Shown: positions 25,124-38,864 of the stretch, in pieces
Layout: each line of letters starts with the position of its first letter
How positions within the stretch are numbered: position 1 is the stretch's first letter
NCBI GenBank assembly: GCA_964016885.1
Contig: OZ024743.1
Coordinates: 190,216,001-190,280,000 of the forward strand
Reading direction: 5' to 3'
Length of the DNA: 64,000 nt
From: Eledone cirrhosa
Lineage: Eukaryota
Notes under the pieces: model-generated
What the model saw: the letters and a program-made list of their open reading frames with translations, nothing else
Database searches by the model: none
What the model was told of the DNA's origin: nothing
Translations under genes and position numbers: made by a program

Positions 25124-28100
25124 CGGGTGGAGAGAGCCACCGAGGCTCAAATCCAAAAGGCCTTGTGGTGCGGCAGTAGTGGCGGCAACACTAACAGTCG
25201 CAGTAGCCACACCGGCGGCAACATCCCCGGAACGGGCTACACTACCACCAGCAATAGCAGTGGAGCTCATACCCCTCCCAGACGCCACGGAATCCGACAT
25301 GGAGTATGAGGCGGGAGGGAAGTGGCAAACGATCTGCCACAAAAAACAAAAGAGGAAAAAACCCTTAGCTTCACTCTCCAAAAGTGAAGGCAGACAAAGA
25401 GGGGTAAAGGCCCACCACAAGCATCACCACCAACGACAACCACACCACCAACAGTATCACCAAAAACACCAACAACGCAAACACAACAAAACACACACAC
25501 GCAACAGCAACAACAAGAAAACAGCAACAAAATCCCCCCTCCCCCCCAAAAGTATACAGCCATAAAAATGGCAGATAAAGAACTCATACAACATATAGAG
25601 CAGCACACAGACATCACAGAAAAAAACTACTACACCCCACCAACACCAAGAACTCTTCCAACAAACATAAGCATCATTGAAATCAAAATAGCATAGTACA
25701 CACTTTTAAAACAAAATTCTCCAACGCAGTTGGACACTTCAGAGGGTCGGTTACCAAGAGGATATACACTGACATCCTCTTGGAAACACCCATGACCAGC
25801 CAAAGGGACGGTTCTACTGTCCCTTCACCACACGATCAAGGTAAGTGACCCTTTCTCACTTGCCCCGTTTCTCATCCAACATGGCCGTACTTAGAATAGG
25901 CAGTATAAATGTACGTGGCCTGGGGTCATCTTGGATGCAGCGTCACCTGCTCAATGATCTCAGGTCACTAAACATAGATGTGGTGACTATCAGCGAGACC
26001 AGAATCTCCGAAGCACGAGCCTTCGCACCGATCTTCGGTGGCTACGATGTATACACATCTCCCAGCCGTCCAGGATCGGGGGGAGGGGGGCAGTGCTTTT
26101 TCGAAGAGGCTTGGATCTCGCCATACGGGCCATCTTCCTGGACCCAGAAGGTAAGTCGGTGGTTCTGGACCTGACCGGCAGCGAAGGCAATGCTTTCAGG
26201 CTAGTGGCTGTCTATGCCCCAACTGGGGTAGGACGGCTAGATTTCTTCAGACGTCTAGAAACCTTTCTTGGAACGTCCCGCTCTTTAGTGTTAGTGGGCG
26301 ACTGGAACGGTATCTTAGATGCACGCTGGGATTATGTGGGGCTAGTAGACAGGGCAGGAGGGTGTAAAAGCCTCAACAACCTGCTCAGACGTTTTGAACT
26401 GTCTGAGAGGAATAGACTGAATTATCCGAATGTACCAATGTGGACATGGGCAAACCGCATCGGGTAATCCAGATTATATTTAGATAGGGTATTCTGTAGG
26501 GAAACAGATAAGGCTAGTGTAGGTTGTCCACAATTTAAAGTAGTCGACTACGTGGACCACAAATTTGTGATCTGTGAAGTTGACTTAGATAGACTCCATA
26601 GGGAAGGGCTCATCTACCGGAAGTTGAACGCGTCGTTCCCGACGCGCAAAGCTTACAGAGACCGGATTAGCGAATTAGTTAAGCGTGCGTTGACGGGTCC
26701 GATCGTCAACAGCAGGTGGTGGTTTACCCTGGAAAGGGCTATTAGAGTAGAATCGATTAGGTTTACGAAAGGAGTAGTGATAGAGGAAAATAAAGTAGAG
26801 GGAGAGTTAGTTAGAAATATAGAAGAGGCGTTTAGGACAGGAATCGCAACCGACGTGGTTGCGGCGAGATTGGCACTCGACCAATTCTTCAACGCAAAGC
26901 ATGAATGCTGCGTTGTTAGAGCTAGAGCGCGTGCTCTAAGACACGAGGGGACGAACGCCGTTCAATGGGCCCGGGTGGTGGAGACGCGACGTGGCAACAA
27001 TCCACAATTCGGTCTTTGCCTGGTCAAAACGGGCGTATCTTGCTCGAACCCGAGCGGCCTTTCAACAGCACTTTGCTCGATTGTTCGGGAGCGGCGAGCC
27101 GGATCGGAGTATGGACTTCGGTGCATACCTCAACGGAGTGCCGCGGCTCTCCACGACCGCAGCGCAGTGCTACGAAAGGCCGATAACAGCCAATGAAATA
27201 CGGGAAGCAATGTCTGACTGCACGAGGTGTAAATCGCCAGGTTTGGATGATCTACCCTACGAGCTTTATGCATTTATGCCAGACTTGTTCGGCGACCTCT
27301 TGGCAGATGTCTACTGAAACTGGCAGCAGAACGGGAGCATTCCCAGTCTTTTGAGCCGAGGAGCGGTGGCGCTGCTGAGAAAAGACCCGAACACGGGGGA
27401 CGTTATAGACAACTTCAGGCCCATAACTCTGCTAAACGTAGAGTTTAAAATTTTGGCCAAGGTGTTAGCAAATAGATTGGCGCGTGTCGTCGGTGATCTT
27501 GTGGGAGAGGCGCAGACATGTGTCATTCCGGACAGATCAATCCATGACAACCTCCATATCATGCGATACATCATAGAGAGGGTGGTTAAGGAACCTGCCA
27601 CGGTAGGGCTCTGATCAACTTGGATCAATCTAAAGCATTTGATAGGGTCGACCATCGGTACTTGGCTGGATCGCTGCGATCCACAGCGACATCTGCTCGA
27701 TTGTGAGGGTGAATTGTCACCTGTCGCAGCCTTTCAGCATCATGCGTTCGGTCCACCAGGGTTGCCCTGTCTCGTTCTTCTTGAGACGATGAGGGGGATC
27801 CCACGTGAACTGGAATGCGGTAGATCCTTGTCAGCTTACGCCGACGACGTCACCGTGGTGGTGTCGAGCACCAAACACGTCCAGATGCTCTCAAGGAATA
27901 CGAACTGGTGACAGGAGCAATGATAAACCAGGATATGTGGGTGGGCTTGCAACTCGGCACCTGGAGAGGCAAGTCCATGCAGTGCGATAGCGTCGTGGGG
28001 CGCTGGACGGAAGGACCGGTTAAATTTCTCGGGGTCTGGTTCCGTCCGGACCTACAGATGGAGAAAGACTGGACCGAGATGACGACCCAGAAATGGGCCG

Positions 28101-29437
28101 AGAGGAGGCTGTCTCTGAAAGGTCGGGTGGAGGTGGCGATTGCGTACATGGCGTCCGTCATCTGCTACCGCCTGATCGTCGTACCTTGCCCTCGCCCAAC
28201 ACTGACCAAAATGGAGCTCCTTCTCTTCCGCTTTTTGTGGAAGGGATGTGCTACCATGGTCAGATGATCCATTTGCTGTCACCACGCGTTGCGTGGAGGA
28301 CTAGGCATGCCATGGCTGATGATGCGCAAACATGCGCCAAGGCTGCGAAATCCCTGGTGCTTCCTTGACGGTGAACAGGTGTGGTCGCCATTTGCCAGAC
28401 GCGCTTTTCCCCCAGCTCGTCTCCTTGACGGAGCTGCAGTCCTGGATCAGGAAAAGACCGAGGGATAGCGCTTGGAAGCTGAAATGTCTCCGAGCGCTCA
28501 CCGCCCTCTACCAGCTGGACACTAGTATCGGTGGTATATCCACCTCGGCGTTCTATAGAGGGCTTGTGGAAGGAAAGAGCGACGACATTCTCGGGGAGAC
28601 CCTGGGCGTCGAAGACGATCAGCTGTTTACTCTCTTCAAGAGAACTTTCAGACCGGGGCCTATGGACAACTTCCAGAAATCCCTGGCCTGGCAGTCCTAC
28701 CGGTGAGCGTTGGCGGTTCGGGATAAGCTCTACAGGCACGGAGGTGCTGTCAGCCGAGCCTGTCCGAGATGCGCACAGGACGACGAAAACGTGCTGCACG
28801 CACTCGTTCAGTGCCCGAGGATTGCTGACTTGTGGAGCTATGTCTAACAACTGCTGTCGCGTGTAGGACGGATCCGGTTATAGACTGAGTCCATTGTGCA
28901 GACAGCCCCGCCATCGTCCTTTAAAGAGGAGGAAGGGCAGGTAGTTTTCATCTGCCTGGTGGCAATGGCGAAAGAGATTGTGTGGTGGACAAGGTTGAAA
29001 GGGTTGAAGACGGACACTTTCCTTTTCGGCCATTCCCTGATTAACTTTTTCAAGTTTCACTTGAAGAGGAAAATCAGGGTGGAGAGGCATGTGCTGTCTT
29101 CTAGTAAGTTTGCTGAAAGGTGGGTGAAAGTGGCCAATCTGGTCCGAGTGAATGGGCCCGCTCTGAGTATGCGCCTGTAAACTGGAGAGTGGGAAAACTG
29201 AGAGAGGGCGCTTGCTCTGGTGGTCAGGGTGGCCGTGGTCTTTTGTGTGGTTTTCGCAACGAGTAACCGTCGGAAGTTTACCCCCTATTGGGGAATTTTT
29301 TGTTGTTTGAATTTTTTTGATATTTCTATCTTATAACCTTTTTTACACGGCCAAAACCCAATTTGTATCGTCCTGTACCGTTCTGTGCCGTCTGTAATGT
29401 TTTTCTTCATGTTAGCCCTTGTGGCCAATAAAGAAAC

Positions 29438-29480
<43 letters not shown>
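25123..29480 (+). mobile_element. 5'-truncated Tx1/L1-clade LINE (subfamily B), more decayed
   Basis: ORF1 C-terminal part, then ORF2 from ATG 25881 (MAVLRIGSINVRGL) to 29180, homologous to subfamily A; (ATT)n tail. Confidence 0.92.
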
Positions 29481-29650
29481 TGGATTGGCAGTATCGGTAG
29501 AGGGTTGGACGTCCCTTTACGATCTGAGTTCAAATCCCGCCGAGGTTAATTTTGCCTTTCATCCTTACGGGGTCGATAAAATAAAGTACCAGTAATACAC
29601 GGGGATAATTACTGGCCTTGTGCCTAAAGTAGAAACAATTATTATTATTA

Positions 29651-29655
<5 letters not shown>
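29481..29655 (+). mobile_element. Main SINE copy
   Basis: Matches the 9279 family. Confidence 0.85.
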
Positions 29656-29747
<92 letters not shown>

Positions 29748-30256
29748 CATCAGAAATTAATTCCGAGGAAGCAATCTAAGAGAAGGTTATATTACCTAGT
29801 CAAACTCAAAATAATAATGATAAAATAGGTCGCACCATATAAAATCTTTTCCTGAGTCCAACCATTCTCGTTGCTGTGGTAATGCGGCAGGACTGCGGCA
29901 GGACTGCCGATCGCTATATTTGATTTGCTAAGCTGTCTAAACGTATTGTTATTACTCTGAGGTACTATTCCCATTCGAGTGCTAAAGCTACATACCGAAT
30001 TTGCATTCGTTAGCTTGGCCGCAAACTAAAGCTTCGTTAATGCTGTAATATATATATATTGCATTGTAACACGTGTTTTTATACTTAATGACTTAATATA
30101 AAGTATAACCCCATGATTCATTAGCTAAATTTTAACGAATTTGTGGTGGGGATTAAATATTTTCGTGAATTTATAGAAGTTCAAACGTTCCCCATTTAAC
30201 TGTATTACTGCATTACAAAGTGATCTATAAACACAGTTGTCAATGTGTTTAGACAT

Positions 30257-30440
30257 AATTGTTTCTACTTTTGGCACAAGGCCAGCAAATCACCCAGTAC
30301 ATTACTGGTACTTTATTTTATCGACCCCGTAAAGATGAAAGGCAAAGTTAACCTCGGCGGGATTTGAACTCAGACCGTAAAGGACGTAACTATGCTGCAA
30401 AGCATGGCGTCCGACTCTCTACTGATACTGCCAATCCACC
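30257..30440 (-). mobile_element. Main SINE copy
   Basis: Reverse complement of the 9279 family. Confidence 0.85.
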
Positions 30441-31580
30441 GGTTTAGACATAATGTTTCAAAATGCACGAGGAAATCAATCCATCAGCTTCATTAATGAT
30501 TTACATGCAGGAAAATTTTATACAATAAATGTCAATTCAATTTTATAATTTTTACAATATAAAGAGAACACGAAATAAATTTAAATAACGAAAGTTAAGT
30601 GAAGCGGCGAGCGGCAGAGTATACACTAGTCTATACAATATCTTAGCTGCGCGAACAAATTGATGAAGGCACAACTGCGGATAACAACCAGTGACACCCG
30701 TTGTTTCAGCCTCTCAAATTCAATGGGCCCATTCCTCAGACAGGATTTACTCATCCCAATTTTGCTGAGAAAATCGTCAGTTGAGCGATCGAGAACATAA
30801 GGGTTCTCGACCACGACTAGGCCGAAAATAAATTCCTCGGTCAAGTCTTAGTATGTGGCTATCATCCGCTCCTAGAACAAACTACATTTTATATGAGCTG
30901 CTTAAAAAACTGCTAGCGTTGTATTTCTGCAATCTGGCTGAATGAAATATTTTGATAATATCCAAAAGAAAAATGTAAATAACCTAAGAATATTTTATAA
31001 TTGTTTCTGACACCAACGTTGCATCAGAATTCTTGAAAATATTTATAATTTTTTAAGTTTTATTTGAAAATATTTGAAATGCTAAACCAAAACAAAGAAA
31101 GAAAAATATTTCTCATCGTTTCTTAGCTTTCTCTTTTTTTTTTTTTTTTACACTTTTTCTATTTTGAAATTTTAAATTAATCTACATATGTATAAATGTA
31201 TAAAGTTTTACATATTTTTATGTAACATTATGAAGTTTTCAATGAAGCCGAGAAAATATTTCTGTCAGCAGCACAGAAGAAATACGATTATTATAATTTG
31301 ACAGTGAAATTAAATTGACTAATTTAAGTTAAATGTCTGGAATATCTTTTTTTATATTTGTCATTTAAATTTTAACATGTCAAAATTTCTATGACTTTGT
31401 ATCAACTAAATTATTTCCAATAGATGACAGATAATACTTGTGGCAGGCATTTTTAATACCACATACGTATAACACTGGCTGAATTGAAAAGTCTTCAAAT
31501 TTAAATGTGTACTCAAAATTCCGAATATATTAAACAAACATTCATTCGGTAAGTTTTCTCCCTCTCTCTTTCAACACACT

Positions 31581-31612
<32 letters not shown>

Positions 31613-31825
31613 CGAAACATAAGTCAATTGCATGAACTCATAATCCTTTATTTACTGCTATATATATTTCGATGATAGCCAGCTCTGTGTTTATAGTGTT
31701 GATGGTATAAGAGCCTTGGGACATAACATATATATATATATATATATAACGAAGGAAATGTGGTAAGGAACCAGGTGGACCATAACGCACCAAAGTACTC
31801 AATACTTAGGGTAGTAGAGTGGGTA

Positions 31826-31938
31826 ATAGGAACCAGTAAGACCCCGACGGCTGAGCTCAAGCCGTTTCGACGGCTAATTTTAAGAATTAGCCGTCGAAAC
31901 GGCTTGAGCTCAGCCGTCGGGGTCTTACTGGTTCCTAT
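31826..31938. repeat. Perfect ~54-bp-arm palindrome built from a hammerhead 3' half
   Basis: ATAGGAACC...GCTAATT / AATTAGC...GGTTCCTAT. Confidence 0.9.
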
Positions 31939-32225
31939 ATATATATATATATATATATAAACGGAAAAAATGAAACGATATTTCATTTCCCACTCTTAGT
32001 ACGGCTGTTACTTAAATATAAGTATGTACACGTACATACATATATGTATACCGACGTACAGTAGTATGTATATATATATATACATACATGCACACATATA
32101 TATATGCACGTATGGATTCACCGAACATTTATTATAATGCTCGGTGTGTTTGTAAACAAACATCCCGTATTAAGCCGTAGTGTCTAGCAACCACCGTTGC
32201 TCGTTTGTTCAACACTGACAAAGGA

Positions 32226-32268
32226 ACGCTGTACTAGTTTCAAGCTTGTTAGCTATCGTCAGCAACGT
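32226..32268 (-). ncRNA. Minimal type I hammerhead
   Basis: ACGTTG-CTGACGA-T-AGCT/AACA/AGCT-T-GAAA-CTAG-TA-CAGCGT; stem III ACTAGT; GUA site. Confidence 0.82.
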
Positions 32269-32647
32269 ATACCTTCCTGCCAGATTGTTGAACGTATATA
32301 CTTACCTTATGCATATTAACGGCTGAGTAGCCCAATATGCATATCGAGTGGGTTAATCGGCCGGGTGCACCGAAAACGATAAACGGAAAAAATGAAACGA
32401 TATTTCATTTCCCACTCTTAGTACGGCTGTTACTTAAATATAAGTATGTACACGTACATACATATATGTATACCGACGTACAGTAGTATGTATATATATA
32501 TATACATACATGCACACATATATATATGCACGTATGGATTCACCGAACATTTATTATAATGCTCGGTGTGTTTGTAAACAAACATCCCGTATTAAGCCGT
32601 AGTGTCTAGCAACCACCGTTGCTCGTTTGTTCAACACTGACAAAGGA

Positions 32648-32690
32648 ACGCTGTACTAGTTTCAAGCTTGTTAGCTATCGTCAGCAACGT
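32648..32690 (-). ncRNA. Minimal type I hammerhead (second unit)
   Basis: Identical to 32226-32268. Confidence 0.82.
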
Positions 32691-32856
32691 ATACCTTCCT
32701 GCCAGATTGTTGAACGTATATACTTACCTTATGCATATTAACGGCTGAGTAGCCCAATATGCATATCGAGTGGGTTAATCGGCCGGGTGCACCGAAAACG
32801 ATAAACGGAAAAAATGAAACGATATTTCATTTCCCACTCTTAGTACGGCTGTTACT

Positions 32857-32904
<48 letters not shown>

Positions 32905-33134
32905 TAATATATATATAACAAAGGGGTGTGGTAAGATACCAAGTGGACCATAACGCACCAGAGTACTCAATACTTAGGGTAATAGTGTGTGTGTGTGTGT
33001 GTGAGAGGAATTTTACTAGTTAAAATTGGTAAGACCATTATTTAACTTAGTACTCAATACTTAAGTAAATTATAGTGTAGATACTATAGATCTTTAGTAC
33101 CGGATAGTTGAAAATTAACTGTCGGGCATTCTAA

Positions 33135-33216
<82 letters not shown>

Positions 33217-33540
33217 ACACACACATATATATATATATATAAAGTAAATACATAGAATCATTAGATAAATATATACAGTATTTCTTCTCCCAATCAGCAT
33301 AAATCAACCACACAAAAAGTTATTTAAACGAGGCTATAAGTTTAAAATATACTTATGAAAAAACAATAGATAAATGATATAGCTTTTTATCCGCGAATCA
33401 CAGCTACAGAAAATTTACCTAGTATTTCTGACAGCCTGTAGAAATTGACTAGACATATAGTTAACCATACATACTTAGGTACAAAATCAAAGTTAGAAGA
33501 AAGAATGTACATAAACCTACCAAAATCATCGAAATATCTC

Positions 33541-33619
33541 TATCCCTGGCGGTTTCATTCCATTTTTGGATATATCCGATCTTGGATAAATCAAAGAGGT
33601 TGGAAATCATCAGGAGATA
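33541..33619 (-). ncRNA. Degenerate hammerhead
   Basis: TATCTC-CTGATGA-TTTCCA...TGGAAT-GAAA-CCGC-CA-GGGATA; cleavage triplet lost. Confidence 0.5.
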
Positions 33620-35149
33620 AACTCAATTGGACAAAGATTTTTCTTCTATGATCCCCGCCAGAAACGAATTCAAAATGGCTAAAAATCGTCACGTGGCTAG
33701 TGGTCAAGGCAGAAAGTTTGTGATTGGTGCCTGTCGGCGAGTAGGCTAGTTGCTAGAAAGCGCAGCCGAATACTGCCTAAAGTTTTACTCAACCTGACGG
33801 GAATATATAAAATTTAAAGGGTATCGTTGATATATATTAATGTCACACAAAATGTTCTATGTTGAGATATGTATGATTAACTTGAAAGACATGGACACTT
33901 AAATTTCGCCTGTGATGTATTAGTCACCATACAGAATAATATACATCTTATAATAACCAATGTACCGATATGTATATATGAGGCCAACCATTCATCCCTT
34001 TCTGTCAAGAGGATCCAAATTAACGTTGCCTTTAACACTCGCCACATGGCTGAAGTAATGTACTAACTCATACTTTCTCTCGCTTTAAATTTCAGTCTAT
34101 CATTAGGCATAGATTATTAGATAGGTAACGAGAGAGAAAGAGAGATATAGATAGACGACTCCCGGCATAACACAAAATTGTTCGATCTGATGAACATAGC
34201 AGCCTAATCTTTAACCAATGTATCGTAATATGAGATTGGTGTGAAGAGAAGCGGAGAATGAGTACAGTAAATTGAATAGTAATCATCCTCAATATAACTA
34301 TGCATTTGCACATTTGTAAACATAACATTTACTGTCACATGTGTAGTGTATGTGCCTAAATGCACATAACATAACACCACACATAAGTATATGTTCATAT
34401 ATGTATCGGTGCATATATGCTACTAGAAAAGAATGTAGAAAATCAGTATCAGAGAAATTATGATCTGTATTTGCGCCCTATGCAGCAGACTGCCACGTTT
34501 AAAAGCAATTCATGTTAAGTTGTGTTAGAAAACACCATAGACTGAAACGTAGTCTGCGCACTGACCAGGTGTGTTAAAGAGTCAAGAATGGGTTTAAAGA
34601 CAATCTGGACATTGTTATTCTGGAAATGACTACAGAACCTTGTGATGGCTTGCACTTCTGTATACTGTATTGTAGAGCTTTGCAACATATTTGTTTGAAG
34701 ATAGGTGGTAGAGAATCACGGTAGTTCATTTTGTTGAAACTAGATTTAATAACCTCATTGAGTATTTGAAAGGAAGAACAAGGAAAATATGAGGCATCGG
34801 GATCGAGTGGAATTGGCAGGTTAGTTGTGTTTAAGTGTGAGTGAAATTTCTATGCCTGATTATCTGTTTAAAATTCGTAATTGAAACAGACAAAAAGATC
34901 TAAGGTAGGAGGCTGAAAAGGATTTACAAAAGTGCTGAACGATACTAATGTAATAAATGTTCAATCAGAAGTCTTGAAAAATTTGTGTGGAATTAAAGAA
35001 CATCAACACGAGTTTTCCGGAGAAAATGAGTATTCAGAAATATGAACATACTACCTATACGTTCATTAATGGGAGGATCTCTTCTTCTTCTTCTTATTAT
35101 TATTATTTTCTAATCTCGTAACTCCCTATGGAATCGTAGGGGCGCCGTG

Positions 35150-35430
35150 ATGAAATACGACATTTCTTGGGCATTTTAAACCGGGCGTAGCCCATCCCAC
35201 CCCAGTAAATTTCTTTATCTTTTCAGAGAAAGTGACAAAGAGGAAGTGGGAAAGATATACAGCGGAAGAATCGACCCCAATACTAGACGGGCACTTTTTT
35301 ATCGACCTCGAAATGATGAAAGACAAAGTTGACCACGACTGGATTTGAACTCATAGAGCATAGAGACGGAACGAATACCGCAAATCACTATATCCGACGT
35401 TCTAACGACTTTGTCAATTCGCCGCCAATG
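35150..35430 (-). mobile_element. Diverged SINE related to the main family
   Basis: TTTTATCGACCTCG..GATGAAAGACAAAGTTGACC..GGATTTGAACTC. Confidence 0.6.
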
Positions 35431-36317
35431 GTAGGATACGAAATGTATATAATTAGATCACGTTGTGGTGCTATACACACAGAAAATTAAAGATTGAAAA
35501 AAAAACACTGTTGTAGCAGTAGGAAAGACATAAAATGCAACACAGCAATAGGTGATTACTATTCCAGTCAATTATTGTACAAATCATAGCTCTGCTTTCT
35601 GTTGATTATGCAGATGTGTGCAACTCACATATTGTTATTGACAATATCTTAGTACAAATAAGTTTTCCAATTGTATATAAGTAAATTATGACAGTAGGTT
35701 GCTAATTGTTTCACTGCAGATAGAACAAAACACACGTAACATGAAACTAATTCGCAACGCAAGTATTATTTTTCTGGCAATTTACGTAATTATCCAGTCT
35801 GCTTTACCAGCTCACTGAATGTTTATTCCAATGATCTCTGACTTGTTTTGTATTTCATATATCATTGAATATCAACCTACATCGTAATCTCATTAAACGC
35901 TTTTCTCAATACATAACTTGCCCGTAACAATAAGCTTGTTATCAGATGTTCTTTGCTGTACATTGTCGGTTGGTAACTGCCAACATCAATTACAAATCAG
36001 TTATTCAATTTTAATGCCCGCAAAATGCACCATAATCAACACACACTTTCGGTTTTAATGTGTCTCTCATGCAATTGGTGTGGATTAACTGACAAATGAT
36101 AATTACACTGCAGACAGTCGTTGAGCGACAACACTACAGCAAGGGATATTTGTATTATTCAATTCCAGTTTCCCTATTATTCCAGAAACATCTTATAAAC
36201 AATTAGCGACCTCATGTATCACAACTGATATTTTGTCTTATAAGAGATGAGACAAAATTATAAATTTAGAGTAAAAGTTGCATACAATATGTTTCAAAGT
36301 AATACATGTGTGTTTGC

Positions 36318-36318
<1 letters not shown>

Positions 36319-36407
<89 letters not shown>
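36319..36407. repeat. (TG)n microsatellite
   Basis: Direct reading. Confidence 0.97.
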
Positions 36408-36409
<2 letters not shown>

Positions 36410-37119
36410 CTGCACATGTGTATCGAACAGCTTATACGTATCTTATTGAAAACACTTATGTTCTAGTTTTAATTATTCTATTAAAGAATCACTTCATATT
36501 TCATATTTTTCTTATATTTTCTGACATTAAACGTATCTTAATACTTGTGTAATTCTGCCCTGTTGGCAAATAACAACTATTCTAACATTGTAGTTATTAG
36601 TCACGGTATGGATTTTGTCTACTTCTTTTTCTAACCTTTTCTATTTTTAATGCTAAATTTTCACTTATCAAATAAATATCTTTTATATATTTCTTTTGTT
36701 TATCTTTGTTGCGTTTGAAGTATTTGATGTATCAGATTAAGATTTTATTTCCAATTTTTACTGTCTTCTTTAATTACTTAGACAGTTCTAGGTTGATGGT
36801 GTTATTATATTCCATATATTCACATCTCGGGGTGGTAATTCATTATCTTTTTCATCTGCAGACATCTGCCAGTGTATAGCCTTATAATTTTTAATATTAT
36901 ATATTTTAATTTTTGCATTGCATCTTAGAGCTGGTGCAGTGATTCGCAGGATTCTGCTCCCAGTAATCAGAAAAGAGGTAGGTGTAAAAGCAAAATTCAC
37001 TATTTTCAATTGAATGTCCGTACTTATCCTTAGCTATGGTCATCACTATGGAATAATAGCCAAATAAATGTTTTTGTTGTAACGGTACTCGATAAAGAAC
37101 CTAGTTCAGAGATCAAAGA

Positions 37120-37482
37120 GTCACTCCAGGTAGAGCCAATTTTCAGAATTCAAAGATCGTAGCTCCTGTTCCCACGGGCATGTTAGAATATATCCGGAAA
37201 GTATCGCTGGACATATCCAAAGGTAGACCCAGAGCAAGACAGTTGGATAACATCTTGGAGCTTTGTTGGTCTCGCTTGGGGATCCAGCCAGATCAATTTG
37301 AAACAGATGCTTCTGACAGAACTCGCTGGAAGGAGTGTTTGAGGATTCTGCCCACACAACCCTCCCAGGTATACGTGGAAGAAGAAGAAGAAGAAGAAGA
37401 AGAAGAAGAAGAAGAAGAAGAAGAAGAAGAAGAAGAAGAAGAAGAAGAAGAAGAAGAAGAAGAAGAAGAAGAAGAAGAAGAA
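37120..37482 (+). mobile_element. RTE-clade LINE 3' end with (GAA)n tail
   Basis: GRPRARQLDNILELCWSRLGIQPDQFETDASDRTRWKECLRILP resembles an RTE/Expander C-terminus; followed by (GAA)n 37378-37482. Confidence 0.7.
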
Positions 37483-37489
37483 AATAATA

Positions 37490-37750
37490 ATAATTGTTTC
37501 TACTTTAGGCACAAGGCCAGCAATTATCCCAGTGTATTACTGGTGCTTTATTTTATCGACCCCGTAAGGATGAAAGGAAAAGTTACCCTCGGCGGGATTT
37601 GAAATCAGACCATAAAGGGACGTAACTCTTTGCTGCAAAGCATGGCGTCCGACCCTCTACCGATACTGCCAATCCACCGCCTTACATAATAATAATAATA
37701 ATAATGTTTCTACTTTTGGTACAAGGCCAGCAATTACCTCAGTACATTAC
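37490..37750 (-). mobile_element. Main SINE copy plus a tail fragment
   Basis: Reverse complement of the 9279 family. Confidence 0.82.
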
Positions 37751-38165
37751 ATCTATTACATTTTTCGTGAGGTTTATACGGTCTTCTTTTTATTTATTTC
37801 TCTAGTGGTCACTTCTATATTGTTTTTCTTTTACATTATTTAAATTTAGTTTAATGATTATGAGAATAAAACGTTTTAATTGTAAACATATTGTCATATA
37901 GTTAAAATCTATTCGTAATATCTGTTGTTTTGTGGCCCCTACCAGGATCAATAAAGTAACTCACTTCAGTCTACTTATTTGAAAGCAAGTTTCTCTCTTG
38001 TATTTTTATTTTATTCAATATAGGCAGAGAAACTCAAATGCTATTTTACACAACCCAGCTCTTCAGATAAAAATGAGAAACCCATCCTATATGCTATTTA
38101 GGGATTATCATAAAGTGTATCTAACTGTAAGAGAAGTTACTCCAAGAATATCCTCACGCACGCCT

Positions 38166-38302
<137 letters not shown>

Positions 38303-38824
38303 CATATATATATATATATATCCACCTGCACATACACATACACACACATACATGAATATATAAATTAAATGAGAAACAACCTAAATTACGGGACTATAAA
38401 CAGACGGAAAAAAATGTCATCTAACATTGCCTATATATAGATTACCATATATCTCTTTCCATTTCTCTTAGAATTGAAGAAACTAACTTTGAAGACTATG
38501 GCGGTTCTTGAATTATTGGTAATTCTACTTATGGTTCTTCCCCATACAAAACCATAGTAGGGAGATCTATATATAAGCGAAGTTAGATGAGAAATTTAAT
38601 TCCGTCTATCTTGTTTATAATAATTATAGTAATTAGAGATTTTTCTCATTTAATTCTAATATATAATATTACTTCTCTGAGAGATTTCTTTAATTGAGAT
38701 ATTTGGGTATTAGTGACTAATTTACCTTTAATTAATGTATGCATATATATATATATATATATATATATACGTGGGAAAGTAAAAAATCGGAGAATAGACC
38801 GTTAAAACATGTTTATTTAAAACA

Positions 38825-38864
38825 GCACCTACGTATGTTTCGCCCAGTTGGGCTTCTCAAGGGC
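38825..38864 (-). ncRNA. Minimal hammerhead, U3-A8 core
   Basis: GCCC-TTGAGAA-GCCC/AACT/GGGC-GAAA-CATACG-TA-GGTGC. Confidence 0.6.

Larger units (their letters stand above)
31957..32862 (-). mobile_element. 422-bp tandem repeat (~2.15 units), one hammerhead per unit: non-LTR retrozyme candidate
   Basis: ACGGAAAAAATGAAACG at 31961, 32383 and 32805; units look identical; flanked by (TA)n. Confidence 0.85.

Noticed and set aside
30626-30844. 72-aa ORF in a locally GC-richer patch, possible host exon
   Set aside because: No recognisable motif or splice support.
34180-34230. CTGATGA motif
   Set aside because: No stem II or GAAA follows.
38364-38660. Diverged inverted repeat with TTGAAGA-CTATGG..CCATAG
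   Set aside because: Probably an old fold-back, but the GAAA/stem III half is missing, so it is not called as an HHR.
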